Below the pieces are notes generated by a model, which did not search any database, was not told where the DNA came from, and saw only the letters and a program-made list of their open reading frames with translations. Below, piece after piece: positions 1 through 10,725 of a DNA stretch of 64,000 nucleotides. Each line of letters begins with the position of its first letter. The first letter of the stretch is position 1. This DNA is from a bacterium. GTDB lineage: Bacteria; UBA8248; JACPRG01; G963555815. Both the position numbers and the translations under genes were made by a program. Location of the stretch: positions 896,001 to 960,000 of the forward strand of contig OZ244653.1 in the NCBI GenBank assembly GCA_965218795.1, in the 5' to 3' direction.

Positions 1-1
1 G

Positions 2-2219
2 AGCCTCCGCTCTCAACGTCTCACGTTGTACGGGACAATCGACGCCCCCGTCGAGAGAAACCGGAAGACCGACCGCCTGTACCTGGCGCTGAACCGAGCC
101 GAATGGCGCGGCCGGTCGCTCCCCCTCTCCGGTCGCGCCCGTCTGACAGTTTATCAAAAAGGGGTTTCCGCACAGTACGGGGATCGGGTTCGAATTCGCA
201 ACGTCCGGCTTCATCATCCCCGTGGATTTCAGAATCCCGGCTCCTTCGATTACGAGACCTAACCTGGCCGTGCGCGGGATTGTGGCGGTCGGAGGAATCA
301 GTCGTCTATCGCAGATCGCAACCCTGAAGGCGGGAGCGCTGTCGTTCCGTTCCGCGCTCTACGATTTTCGGAAGCGGCTGATCCAAACCGTCCGGGCCGG
401 ACTGCCCGGCCTCGAATCCCAGGTGTTGAACGCGATCCTCTTTGGAGAACGGCACGACGTCCCCCCGGAAATCCGATCCGCCTTCCGGGATTCCGGCGCG
501 GCCCACCTCCTGGCCATATCCGGTCTCCACGTCGGCTTCGTCGCCATGTTCCTGTACCAAGCGCTTTTCTGGACCGCCCAGTGGATGCCGCGGAGGATAC
601 GTGTGAGCCTGCCTGCCTTTCTAACGCCTGCGAGAGCGGCGGCCCTGGGGGCACTGCCTCTCGTCCTGGCCTACATGGTCATCGCCGGCGCCCGTGTCTC
701 GACGGTGCGGGCGACCGTCATGGTCGGCGCATACCTGGTCGCCCGGTTCCTCCAAAGGGAGCGAAACCACTTCAATACCCTCGGGCTGGCCGCAATTCTG
801 ATTCTTCTTTGGGACCCACGATTTCTTTTCGATACGGGGTTCCAACTCTCCTTCGTTGCCGTTCTGGTCATCCTGGCGAGCCTGAGGGAGTACGGCGGGG
901 GGAATCGAATTCAAGACTTCCTCCGAATCACGGTTCTGGTATCGACCGCGATGATTCCCATCCTGGCGTTCCATTTTCATCGGGTCAGCCTGTATGGAAT
1001 CGCCGCCAATGTCGCGCTGATCCCCCTCGCCTCGCTGCTGGTTCCGGCCGGATTGACGGCATCCCTGCTCGGGGCGACGTTGCCCCTGGCCGCGAAAACA
1101 TTCTTTTTCCCGGTCCATCTGCTCATGGTTTCTCTGATAGAAACAGCGCGATGGTTCGCGGAGCTGCCCGGGGCCGTTTTCAGAGTACGGCCCCCCACGC
1201 CCCTGATGCTCCTCGCGTTGTATAGCCTGGGCGCCGCTTGGGTGGGGTTGCGGGCCCGCGGACGATCGCGGTGGGTAGCGGCCGCGGCTTCGATCGCCCT
1301 CTTTGTCGGTGCGACACTCTGGAACGCCTACGTGACCTCGGATCTGAAGGAACGTGACAACTTGAGAATCACGTTTCTGGACGTGGGCGACGCGGACGCG
1401 ACCTTCGTCAGGCTTCCGGACGGACGGAACTTCCTGGTCGACGCCGCTGGAAAACTATCCGAATCCTTCGATGTGGGCGAGGCCGTCGTCCTGCCCTATC
1501 TCGAAAAGCAGTGGATCCGGAAACTCGACTACGCCTTGCTGACCCATCCGGAGCAGGACCACGCCGGCGGCTTGATTCCCATTCTTAAGACCCTGCCCGT
1601 CGGTCAACTGTGGGAAAGCGGGCTTCTTTCCTCCAACAGCCTCCGCCTCCGCGTTCTGAAGACCGCAAAGGAGCGTGAAGTGCGGATTCGAGCGGTCCGA
1701 AGAGGGACCCGGCTCGTCGGCCGGGGATTTCGGATAGAGGTACTGCACCCTCATCCGCTTCGCAGGCACGCGGGCTTTCGGCGGGACAACGATCAGTCCG
1801 TCGTCCTGCGTATTGTGCATGGAAAGATGCGCATCCTGCTGGCTTCCGATTTGGAGAAACGCGGGGAAAGGGAACTCGTCCGTTCAGGGCAGGATTTGAG
1901 CGCAGAGGTCTTGCGCGTCCCCCACCACGGCAGCCGGACCTCCAGCAGCAACGCCTTCCTCCGCCGGGTGCGCCCCCGGGTCGCCGTCATTTCGGCAGGC
2001 CGCCCCTGGAGGGGGCACCCTTCCCGGCGAGTCGTCCGACGGTACGCGAATTGGAGCGCGCTGATCTTTCGAACGGATCGGGATGGGGCCATCCATCTCC
2101 GGTCGGACGGCGAGACGTATCGCGTGTCCGGAACCAGGCCTTCCGCCCACCGGTTCGAGGCCCGAGCGGGGACCGCCGCCTTTACGCGGCTCGCGCCCGA
2201 AGACCTTGCCCAAGATTGA
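2..2219 (+). CDS. comEC: DNA uptake channel ComEC/Rec2 (5'-truncated by window edge; +1 frameshift near 261)
   Basis: N-terminal OB-type region ending NPGSFDYET (frame of 26..262); competence domain AHLLAISGLHVG, FQLSF; beta-lactamase domain FLDVGDAD, THPEQDHAGG, PHHGS, FRTDRDG. Removing one A at 261 gives DYETYLAVRGI and joins the two ORFs. Confidence 0.93.
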
Positions 2220-2314
2220 CTTCCGTTTCCGCCGGAACCATTCTTTTACGGTTGTTGTCGAGCAAAGCCTTCGCCGCACTGTTTGCCTGCGATGGATTGG
2301 CCGAGGGAGAAAGG

Positions 2315-3077
2315 GTGACCGGTCCTGGATTAAAATCCTGAGATTTCCGAAACGGGACTGGGCGCCCTGGCGGCATCCCGTTATACCGTCGCTCTCACCG
2401 GAGCCGGCGTTTCCGCCGAGAGCGGAATCCCCACCTTTCGCGGAGAAGGAGGGCTGTGGCGAAACCATCGCCCCGAACAACTGGCCACGCCGCAGGCGTT
2501 CGACGAGGACCCCGGGTTGGTTTGGGAATTCTATGACTGGCGCCGCTCGGTGATACACCAAGCCCGGCCGAGCCCGGCCCATGAAGCATTGGCCGCGATG
2601 GAGGAGGCGTCCGAGGAATTTGCTCTTCTGACGCAGAATATTGATGGCTTTCACCGTGACGCCGGAAGCAGAAACATTGTCGAACTCCACGGCAACATTT
2701 GGGAAGTCAGAAGCCTCGCGGACGGAAGTATCCGCGAGAACCGGCAGGTCCCCATCGACCCCCTGCCCCCGAAGGAGGGGTCGGGCGCCCTCCTGCGGCC
2801 CAATGTCGTGTGGTTTGGCGAATCGCTGGATCCGGGCATCCTGGAAACTGCCTTCCGGGTCTCGGGCGAATGTCATTTCATGATCGTCGCAGGAACCTCC
2901 GCCGTGGTGCAGCCCGCCGCGCATCTGCCCTTGCTGGCCAAGCGGAACGGGGCGTACGTTCTGGAGGTGAATCCGGAGCCGACCCCGATATCCGAATGGG
3001 TCGATGAAACCCTCCACGGGAAGGCTGGTGAAATCCTGCCGGCCCTTGCCGAGGCCGTGGTCAGGGGTGAATCGTAG
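2315..3077 (+). CDS. cobB: NAD-dependent protein deacylase, class III sirtuin (apparent +1 frameshift in AAAA at 2332-2335)
   Basis: In frame upstream of ORF 2517..3077: LTGAGVSAESGIPTFRG; also TQNIDG, ELHGN, RPNVVWFGE, GTSAVVQPAA. GTG at 2315 with purine-rich RBS is one base out of frame. Confidence 0.9.
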
Positions 3078-3135
3078 CAATCTCCGCGCTCGTTGCGAAA
3101 CGGGACGCGCCCGGGAACAGAGGAAAATTTTCGAA

Positions 3136-4398
3136 GTGAAGAGAGAAAGAGTCCGCGCTGTCCGCGGCGTTCAAGACATCCTCCCAAAGGACACGCCCGG
3201 ATGGCAGCGGGTCGAAGCCGTATCCCGGGACGCTTTTCACCGGTATGGCTACGGGGAGATCAAGGTCCCCGTCTTTGAGAAGACGCCTTTATTCGCCAGA
3301 GGGATCGGCGAGGCCACGGACATCGTTCATAAGGAGATGTACACCTTCGAGGACCGGGGCGGCGACAGCCTGACCCTCCGTCCCGAAGCGACGGCGTCGA
3401 TCGTCCGGGCGTACATGGAGCATCACCTGGAGAAGACCGGGGACGTCGTCAAGGTTTTCGTTATCGGTCCGATGTTCCGTTATGAGCGCCCCCAGGCGGG
3501 ACGTCTTCGCCAATTCAACCAGATCGACTGTGAGGTCTTCGGCAGCGCACACCCGGCGGTCGACGCAGAAGTCATCTCGCTCGCGTGGGAAATTCTCACC
3601 GGCCTCGGACTCAAAGGATTGAGCGTCGAGTTGAATACGCTGGGCGAGCCCTCGGACCGGCCGGTTTATCAGGAGGCGCTGAGGACATATTTCGGCGGAT
3701 ACCTCGACAGCCTATGCGGGGATTGCAACCGGCGGTTTCACGACAACCCCTTGCGCATTCTCGACTGCAAGGTCGAAGGCTGCCGGCAGATCGCCGCGAA
3801 GGCCCCCGCCTTTCTCGATCATGTCAGCGAAAAATCGAGAGGAATCTTCGAAGAAGTCCAGCGGTACCTGCAGGAGCAGGACATCCCCCACAAAGTGAAC
3901 CACCGGCTGGTGAGGGGACTCGACTACTATACCCATACGGCATTCGAAATCACCGCCGAGGGTCTGGGCGCGCAAAACGCGGTGGCGGGCGGCGGCCGTT
4001 ACGACGGTCTGGTCGAAACCCTGGGCGGGCCACCGACCCCGGCCACCGGCTTCGCCATCGGGATCGAACGCCTGGTCTCGCTGGTTCCCGATCAACCGGA
4101 CGAAAGGGATGGACGGAAGGTCTTTCTGGTGGCGCTGGGAAGGCAGGCGGAGGCTCGTGCCTTCGGGTGGGCGCAGTCTTGGCGAAAGGCCGGCCTTTCG
4201 GTTCTCTGGGACTACGAGGGCAGAAGCCTGAAGGCCCAGATGAAAAAGGCCGACCGCTCGGGGGCGGCATACGCCGTGCTGATCGGCGATGACGAGCTCG
4301 ATGCGGCGGAGGCGCAGGTCAGAGACTTGAGGGAAGGCTCTCAGGAGGCCGTTCCTCTGGACCGTATCGCCGAAAGCATCCTGGACCGATCTCACTGA
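3136..4398 (+). CDS. hisS: Histidine--tRNA ligase
   Basis: RGVQDILP, KEMYTF, LRPEATA, FRYERPQAGRLRQFNQ, LVRGLDYY, GGGRYDGL, anticodon-binding domain. Start GTG 3136 chosen by family length. Confidence 0.98.
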   Translation: MKRERVRAVRGVQDILPKDTPGWQRVEAVSRDAFHRYGYGEIKVPVFEKTPLFARGIGEATDIVHKEMYTFEDRGGDSLTLRPEATASIVRAYMEHHLEKTGDVVKVFVIGPMFRYERPQAGRLRQFNQIDCEVFGSAHPAVDAEVISLAWEILTGLGLKGLSVELNTLGEPSDRPVYQEALRTYFGGYLDSLCGDCNRRFHDNPLRILDCKVEGCRQIAAKAPAFLDHVSEKSRGIFEEVQRYLQEQDIPHKVNHRLVRGLDYYTHTAFEITAEGLGAQNAVAGGGRYDGLVETLGGPPTPATGFAIGIERLVSLVPDQPDERDGRKVFLVALGRQAEARAFGWAQSWRKAGLSVLWDYEGRSLKAQMKKADRSGAAYAVLIGDDELDAAEAQVRDLREGSQEAVPLDRIAESILDRSH

Positions 4399-4465
4399 CC
4401 AAGTCGGGCTCAGCTTCCGGGCATCCCGGAGAGGGACTCCCACTGTCTACCGTTCAGGGAGGGGG

Positions 4466-4984
4466 TCAGAAACGCTCCGGCCGATCCTCAAGGGTCCTCG
4501 CATCTTCTTCCAGCCTGGCATCTCCGCCCGGCCGGCGGCGGACGGACTCCGAATGAATATCGTAATCACCGGGGTCGGATTCCCTCCAATGAGCCTGGGC
4601 GTGAACGTTGATCGTTCCTCGGTCGATCCGCTCCATGATTTTTCTCACCACCCATCTCTGGATGATGATCCTCGTCCCGGGAATCAGACAGAAAAATCCG
4701 ACGAGGTCCGTCAGCAGGCCCGGCGTCAGCAGGAGCGCTCCACCCACCAGTATGAACGCCCCGTCGATGAGCTCGCTGGACGGTGGGCTCCCGGCATGAA
4801 TCGCCTCCCGAATTCGCCTCAAAACGCCCACCCCCTGTGCCCGGGCGAGCCAGGCGCCGGCCGCCCCCGTTACGAGGACAATGGAGATGGTGCTGATCGC
4901 CCCAATCTCCTTTCCAACCTGGATTAAGACGGCCAACTCAAACAGAGGAATCGCCGTGAAGAGGAAAAACAGCTTGAGAATCAT
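4466..4984 (-). CDS. fxsA: FxsA family membrane protein
   Basis: IPLFELAVLIQVG, GAWLARAQG, GGALLLTPGLLTDLVG motifs. Confidence 0.92.
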   Translation of the reverse strand: MILKLFFLFTAIPLFELAVLIQVGKEIGAISTISIVLVTGAAGAWLARAQGVGVLRRIREAIHAGSPPSSELIDGAFILVGGALLLTPGLLTDLVGFFCLIPGTRIIIQRWVVRKIMERIDRGTINVHAQAHWRESDPGDYDIHSESVRRRPGGDARLEEDARTLEDRPERF

Positions 4985-5136
4985 CCAAACCCGCCTTTGA
5001 AGATTCGCCCTATCGAATGTGAACCAAAGAACAGATTAGGGGCAGGCCGGCAATCCGTCAAATCAGGTTCTCACGATTCATCTAATCTCTCTGAATTCCT
5101 TTATTCCCATTCCAAACGATTTCACACGAAAAAGCG

Positions 5137-5145
5137 TGTTATAAT
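5137..5145 (+). promoter_or_regulatory. Extended -10 sigma70 promoter for the K+ channel gene, overlapped by palindrome ACACG-N6-CGTGT (5124-5139)
   Basis: Perfect TGnTATAAT in an AT-rich divergent intergenic region 60 bp upstream of ATG 5205. Confidence 0.55.
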
Positions 5146-5204
5146 ATTGTTCTGCAAGGCGGCACAAAACGAAAGCGGTTTCGTACTCATTCAATGGAGC
5201 TTTC

Positions 5205-6212
5205 ATGGTCAGGAAAATCCTGGTGCTGACCTCAACGCTCGTCGCCTTGTTTCTTGGAGGAACCGTTGGCTTCAAATTCATCGAGGAAGACTGGACATAC
5301 TTCGACTCTTTTTACATGACGGTGATCTCGCTGACGACGGTGGGTTACGGCGAAGTCCGACCCTTGAGTCACGCAGGGCGGGTTTTCACGGTCTTTCTAC
5401 TGCTCGGAGGCGTCGGCACCTTGGCCTACGGAATTTCCACCACCACCGCATTTTTGGTGGGCGGTCAGTTCGCCCAAGTCATGAGGAAGCGGGCCATGGA
5501 ATCAAGGATCCGACAGTTGTCCGCTCATATCGTCCTGTGCGGACTGGGAGAGACGGGACGTCATGTGGCCGAGGAATTCGTCCGGACGCATCGCACCTTC
5601 GTTGCGGTTGAAAAAGACCCGGAGCGCATCGCCACACGTCTCAAGGAATTCTCGGGTCTCCTTTATGTCGAGGGGGATGCAACGAGCGAAGGTTGCCTGG
5701 AGAGCGCCAACATTCACAATGCGTTCGGCCTGGTGACCTGCCTTCCGGATGACAAGGACAATATCTTCGTGGTGCTGACGGCGCGCGAGTTCAGTCCCAA
5801 TATCCGAATCATCTCCCGCGTCATTCATCCGGATGCGGAGGCCAAACTACAAAAGGTGGGAGCCGACGCTACGGTCTCCTCAAACTATATCGGCGGGATG
5901 CGCATGGCGTCGGAGTTGCTCCGGCCGACTGTGGTTTCCTTCCTGGATACGATGCTGCGGGATTCCAGCGAGACTTATCGTGTAGAGGAGGCCACCATCA
6001 CTGCGGGTTCTCCCTTGATGGGCAAGAGTCTTCGGGAAGCCTCGATTCCCCGAAAGACGGGCCTGCTGGTTCTGGCCGTCCAGAAAAATGGAGATCGGCG
6101 GTACACGTACAACCCGGAGGCGGACAGTCGCCTCGAGGCGGGGGACACCATCGTGGTGATAGGCAAAATGGATCAGATCGACCAGATCCGCGAAATGGCG
6201 GAACACGGCTAA
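5205..6212 (+). CDS. Potassium channel with TrkA-N/TrkA-C (RCK) domains
   Basis: Selectivity filter TTVGYGE, two TM helices, CGLGETG Rossmann motif, GDAT, C-terminal TrkA-C. Confidence 0.95.
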   Translation: MVRKILVLTSTLVALFLGGTVGFKFIEEDWTYFDSFYMTVISLTTVGYGEVRPLSHAGRVFTVFLLLGGVGTLAYGISTTTAFLVGGQFAQVMRKRAMESRIRQLSAHIVLCGLGETGRHVAEEFVRTHRTFVAVEKDPERIATRLKEFSGLLYVEGDATSEGCLESANIHNAFGLVTCLPDDKDNIFVVLTAREFSPNIRIISRVIHPDAEAKLQKVGADATVSSNYIGGMRMASELLRPTVVSFLDTMLRDSSETYRVEEATITAGSPLMGKSLREASIPRKTGLLVLAVQKNGDRRYTYNPEADSRLEAGDTIVVIGKMDQIDQIREMAEHG

Positions 6213-6228
6213 TCGACGGAGGTGTAAC

Positions 6229-7050
6229 TTGGCTGCCAAGCGAAGGATCCACACCGCGTCGTCCGGCGTTTTGGACGATCCCATGGATGCGGTTTCGTGG
6301 GCCGTAGCGTTCGCGAACACGGAGTTGACCGAAGAGAATTGGAAGGAGCGCCTTTGGAACTGGTTCCGGGTTTCCTTTCATGGTGATGACGGTCAGGCTC
6401 CCGAAGCAGCCGAGCCGGTCGTTTCCGGGAAACGATCCCCTCGCTGGCATTACGGAGGCATGGGACCGACGCTGGCCCATATCCACCGGACCCAGGAAAG
6501 TATCCGGGAGATGCTGGAGACCCTGACTGACCGGGGGACCATCCCGCGGGAAGTCGTCGAGAGGGTCAACAGCTATCTGATGGGCTTGCATGGATTCAAA
6601 TTCCATATCATCACAGAATTACCCTACGGCAGTGAGACCGTCCGAGAGGCGAACCGCTCCCTGCGGTCCGGCCCGGGCGATGCCTCTCCAGAAAGCGGAA
6701 ATAACGGCGGAGAATCGAAATCTCCGGAGAAGCAGAAAGGGATTCGGCCTCAGACTTTGCGCCTTGAGCCGAAGACCTATGACCTCAGAAGCCTTTTTTA
6801 TTATAAGATTTCGCTGTTCCTGATCAGTGCAGCGGCCCGGCGCATACGCAAGTGCAAGCAATGCGGAGAATATTTTATCCAGCGCTTCAACCACCGAAAG
6901 CTCTACTGCGGTGACCTGTGCAGATTCCGATCGCACAATGAGGCGCGGGGCAGAAGGTTCCAGCCCGATCAGAAAAGGGCCGCCACGGCGGGGGGAGATG
7001 ACAACCAGGTCTGGTGGCGCAAATACGAAGGAAATTCCCCCTCGAAGTAG
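6229..7050 (+). CDS. CGNR/ABATE-type zinc-finger domain protein
   Basis: C-terminal CKQC-x14-CGDLCR..HN motif; GGAGG RBS before TTG start. Confidence 0.65.
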   Translation: MAAKRRIHTASSGVLDDPMDAVSWAVAFANTELTEENWKERLWNWFRVSFHGDDGQAPEAAEPVVSGKRSPRWHYGGMGPTLAHIHRTQESIREMLETLTDRGTIPREVVERVNSYLMGLHGFKFHIITELPYGSETVREANRSLRSGPGDASPESGNNGGESKSPEKQKGIRPQTLRLEPKTYDLRSLFYYKISLFLISAAARRIRKCKQCGEYFIQRFNHRKLYCGDLCRFRSHNEARGRRFQPDQKRAATAGGDDNQVWWRKYEGNSPSK

Positions 7051-7620
7051 CATCAGAGGGACCGGATGTTCCATTGCCTTTCTTCGGCCATCTACGAAAC
7101 GACCCTCCCGTCTGATCGTCACCCTGGGCGTCAGCGTGCTCGTTGTTAGCCGGCCCGGCCCTCCTGTGGGTGCCGGACGTCTTTGAGCTCGCAGAGCTCA
7201 AAACCCAGGATCACCGATTGGATGGGATTGGCGGAAGGCGCCCCGGTGTTCTCAGGCGGTCTTGAGCATGAACGGAGATGAGGAAATGAAGTCCCTGTTC
7301 GATCAAGGGCTGGACCTGATACCTGGAGTTCGAAGCAGACCCACTGGGAGCCGATTTCTGCTCGCGCGTCGGTTACGACCCGAACGGCGCGCGGCGATAC
7401 CTGCTGACGCTTCAGTCGCTTGGGGAAGTAATGAGATGGATTCCGTACCGGAGTCCACCCATCCTTTCGCTCAGGAGCGTTTGGACGTGATAGATGAGTC
7501 GTTCAGCCGCCCGAAGGATGAAAAAATCGACACCGCGGCGGACGGCCACGGGAGGAAGGGTGTAAAACAAACCGCTCAGAGCGTTCCCGGCGTTCGCTGA
7601 AAGCGGGAAATTACACCCTT

Positions 7621-8943
7621 CTACCATCTCTCCCACAACTTGGCGGCACGCTCCCGTGCGAGAGCGAAGATTTCTGCTTCTTCCAGGGTGACGATCTCTC
7701 GGTCGCGCATGATGATCTCTCCGCCCACGACGACGGAACGGGCCTGCAGGCCCGCGCACCCGTACAACAGATGCCCCCAGAAATTGTCCCCCGACAGAGG
7801 CGTCGGCGCACGGTAATCCGCAATGACGACATCCCCCAAGGCCTCGGGCTTGAGAATTCCCACCTGAGCTCCGAGAAAATGGGAGGCAATGGCCGGGTTT
7901 CCCACGGTCAACAGGTCTTGGACCTCAGCCCATGCCACCCGCGGGTCCCCCGCTACGTGTTTCTGGAGAAGGTAGGCGGACATGGTGGCGGAGAACATGT
8001 CCTGGGTCATCGCGTCCGTTCCCAACCCACCGCGGATTCCCGCCCATTTCCGGATGGGGGCGCAGCCCACGGCGTTGTTCATGTTCGATTGGGGGTTATG
8101 GACGGCGAAGGAGTTGCTCTCACGCAGGGCGGAAAGGTCCGCCTCGTCCACATGGATGCAATGGGCGGCGATGGAATGGCTACCCAAAACCCCCGACTCT
8201 CGAAGGCGCTGCATCGGACGCTTTCCGAAACGCTTCAGGCTGTCCGCCACCTCAGGCTCGTGCTCGGAGACATGGACGTGAAATCCCACGTCGGACCCCA
8301 CTTCCCTCCCTGCCTCCAGACAGGCCTGCAGGGATTCATCCGAGAGCGTGAGCGGCGCGTGGAGTCCGAACAACCCAGCCAACCGGGCGTCCTCACGTCT
8401 CCTGGTCTCGTTGAGAAACCGGACGTTTTCCTCGATCCCTGCCTTCATCCCGTCCTTCCCGTTCCGGTCCGTCACTTCATAACAAAGGACGCTTCGCAGG
8501 CCCGATTGTAAGCTGGCCTCGGCAATGACGCCGAGACTTCCCTCGATGGCGGACGGGCTGGCGTGGTGGTCGATGAAGGTCGTGGTCCCGTTGCGGATAT
8601 AGCCGACGATAGTGACCAGCGCGCTCAGGCGGACATCCTCCATTTCCAGGGCGCGGTCCAGGCGCCACCATAGACGTTCAAGGATTTCCAAAAAGGTGGC
8701 GGGCGGCTCCTCTTTGAGGGCAATGCCTCGCGCGAATCCGCTATACAGGTGGGTGTGGGCGTCGATGAGACCGGGCAAGACAAGTCGTCCCTCGGCGTCC
8801 AGGACCTCCTCCCCGGGGTTCTCCTTCACATCGCCGGTGGTCCCCATGTCCGAGATTCGTCCCTCATCGATCCGAAGGGCGCCGGATTCGATGAACGGAT
8901 TTTCCGGATCGAACGTGAGCAGGGAGCCATTGGTAACAAGCAT
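7621..8943 (-). CDS. ssnA: SsnA-like metal-dependent aminohydrolase
   Basis: DAHTHLYS, FLEILERLWWRLDRAL, GTTTFIDHHASP, GLHA, HNPQSNMNNAVG, LGTD. Confidence 0.85.
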   Translation of the reverse strand: MLVTNGSLLTFDPENPFIESGALRIDEGRISDMGTTGDVKENPGEEVLDAEGRLVLPGLIDAHTHLYSGFARGIALKEEPPATFLEILERLWWRLDRALEMEDVRLSALVTIVGYIRNGTTTFIDHHASPSAIEGSLGVIAEASLQSGLRSVLCYEVTDRNGKDGMKAGIEENVRFLNETRRREDARLAGLFGLHAPLTLSDESLQACLEAGREVGSDVGFHVHVSEHEPEVADSLKRFGKRPMQRLRESGVLGSHSIAAHCIHVDEADLSALRESNSFAVHNPQSNMNNAVGCAPIRKWAGIRGGLGTDAMTQDMFSATMSAYLLQKHVAGDPRVAWAEVQDLLTVGNPAIASHFLGAQVGILKPEALGDVVIADYRAPTPLSGDNFWGHLLYGCAGLQARSVVVGGEIIMRDREIVTLEEAEIFALARERAAKLWERW

Positions 8944-9098
8944 TTCAGGCGCTCTCCTTCGGCCAAGCGGAAACTTTCCGATGATCCGCCCGGCGAACGG
9001 CTTTTCGGATGTGAACACACAACGACCGACGAAGGCGGCCGGAAGGACTCTCCGCCATGCAACCGTCGCCTTTTCCAATGAGATGATATGATCCAATC

Positions 9099-9767
9099 AT
9101 GAATGCGGCTCCCCAGATTGTCAAAGTCCCGTCCCCCCCGAAGATCCGCCGGCCATTCCGTGGCGGGTTTATGTCGGTGTGTTGCCCGATTCTTCTGGCC
9201 GCGGTTGTCGGATGTGGGATGTTCGAGGGGCCTGAGCCGGAACCCGTGGATCCTCCGGCGCCGGCCGGGAAGGAGAAAGATTCAAAAGAGGCGAAAGAAC
9301 CCAGGGACGCCCCGGTGCTTCGTCGAATCAGACCGGAACAACCCTCCGATGGAAAAATCAAAGAGCTGAAAAGACACTGGGTTCGCGTTCTGAAGGTCAT
9401 TGACGGCGTTACGTTCTCCCTGGATAACCTGCACGTCGTTCGCCTCATCGGGGTCGCCCGCCCGAAACCCTTTGCCGACAAGAAATACAAAGAGTTTTTT
9501 GAAGAGGTGACGACCCCCGAGGTTCGGCAGATCGTCGAGGGAAAGCGCGTATTTCTCATGCGGGACAAAGCCATTGAAGGGCGCGACGGAAGACCCGTGA
9601 TTTATATGTTTCTTGATGACAAGACCATGCTGAATGCCACACTCATACAAAAAGGGTACGGTCGTCTGAGCCAAGAGGTGCCTTTCAAGTTTCAAGATGA
9701 ATTCCGCCTATGGGAGCGGGATGCGCAAAGCATCGGACTCGGCTACTGGGGACGCGACGACGATTGA
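9099..9767 (+). CDS. Thermonuclease (SNase)-fold protein, putative lipoprotein with degenerate active site
   Basis: VLKVIDGVTF, VRLIGV, LNATLIQKGYG, ERDAQSIGLGYWG; hydrophobic stretch ending VVGC. True start may be at 9171. Confidence 0.8.
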   Translation: MNAAPQIVKVPSPPKIRRPFRGGFMSVCCPILLAAVVGCGMFEGPEPEPVDPPAPAGKEKDSKEAKEPRDAPVLRRIRPEQPSDGKIKELKRHWVRVLKVIDGVTFSLDNLHVVRLIGVARPKPFADKKYKEFFEEVTTPEVRQIVEGKRVFLMRDKAIEGRDGRPVIYMFLDDKTMLNATLIQKGYGRLSQEVPFKFQDEFRLWERDAQSIGLGYWGRDDD

Positions 9768-9866
9768 TTTCCCGAGCGGCCCCGTCCCCGCATACATGAG
9801 GCGGCCGAACGGCCGCCTTGAACCGCCCTTCGGAGCCGGGAGGCGGAACGTGGGAGCACCCGGTGG

Positions 9867-10631
9867 CTACTCGCGGCAGGCGAGGTGTCCGGCGACCGCA
9901 CCGAACCCGAATCTCATGACGACGGGCACGGTAAACCCTTCGGATATCAGCATGTCGGTCAGGACGGAGGCCGGCGGGAACGCCTCCAGCGACCTCCGCA
10001 GCCAAAGGTAGTCCTCCTGACTGCCTTTGGCCAAGTTTGCCAGAAGGGGGAGAAGCCAGCGCAGATAGCAGAGGATGAGGGGCCGCATCGGCCCCCGCTC
10101 CGGGCGCGTCAGCTCGAGCGAGACGAAGAGGCCTCCGGGGCGCAACACCCTCGCCGATTCACGAAGTGTGGCGGGAAGGTCGATTACATTCCGGAGCCCG
10201 AATCCCACTGTCACGAGGTCGAAGGACGCATCCCGAAAGGTGGAAAGATCCGTAGCGTCGCCCTGAAGCCAACCCAAGACGCGGGGCCCGGCCGATTTTC
10301 GGCTCCGGTCCTGGGCCTTCCGGATCATCGGCTCGCAAAAATCCAGGCCGATCCACCGGGCGTCCGCTCCGATTTCCTCAAGCGCCAGGAAGGTGTAATC
10401 CCCCGTGCCGCAACACAGGTCGAGCCCGACGAGGGGTCCTCCGGAATCAACGGATTGAAGAAGCGCAAGCGCCCGCCGCAGGGTGGCCCGGCGCCAGGCC
10501 CGATGCATGCCGCCGGTGATGAAACCGTTGGCCAGGTCATAGTGGGGAGCGATCCTGGCGAACAGACTTTGGACATACCTAGCGCGGTCGGAACCGGTCA
10601 GGGTCTCGGGTCTTTGAACACGGGTATTCAT
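9867..10631 (-). CDS. ubiE: Ubiquinone/menaquinone biosynthesis C-methyltransferase UbiE/MenG
   Basis: FARIAPHYDLAN, GMHRAWR, LDLCCGTGD, GFGLRNV, RVLRPGG, YLWLRRSL. Confidence 0.9.
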   Translation of the reverse strand: MNTRVQRPETLTGSDRARYVQSLFARIAPHYDLANGFITGGMHRAWRRATLRRALALLQSVDSGGPLVGLDLCCGTGDYTFLALEEIGADARWIGLDFCEPMIRKAQDRSRKSAGPRVLGWLQGDATDLSTFRDASFDLVTVGFGLRNVIDLPATLRESARVLRPGGLFVSLELTRPERGPMRPLILCYLRWLLPLLANLAKGSQEDYLWLRRSLEAFPPASVLTDMLISEGFTVPVVMRFGFGAVAGHLACRE

Positions 10632-10725
10632 GTTTCGCTCCAATGATTGGAGAAAAGTCTCCCCGGAGGTTCTACCATTTGCGTTTGGGTTTATAATCCA
10701 CCTTTGAATTGGTTTGACCTCGCAA

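Noticed and set aside
7262-7600. 112-aa ORF in the gap before ssnA
   Set aside because: No recognisable motif; cannot be supported as a gene.
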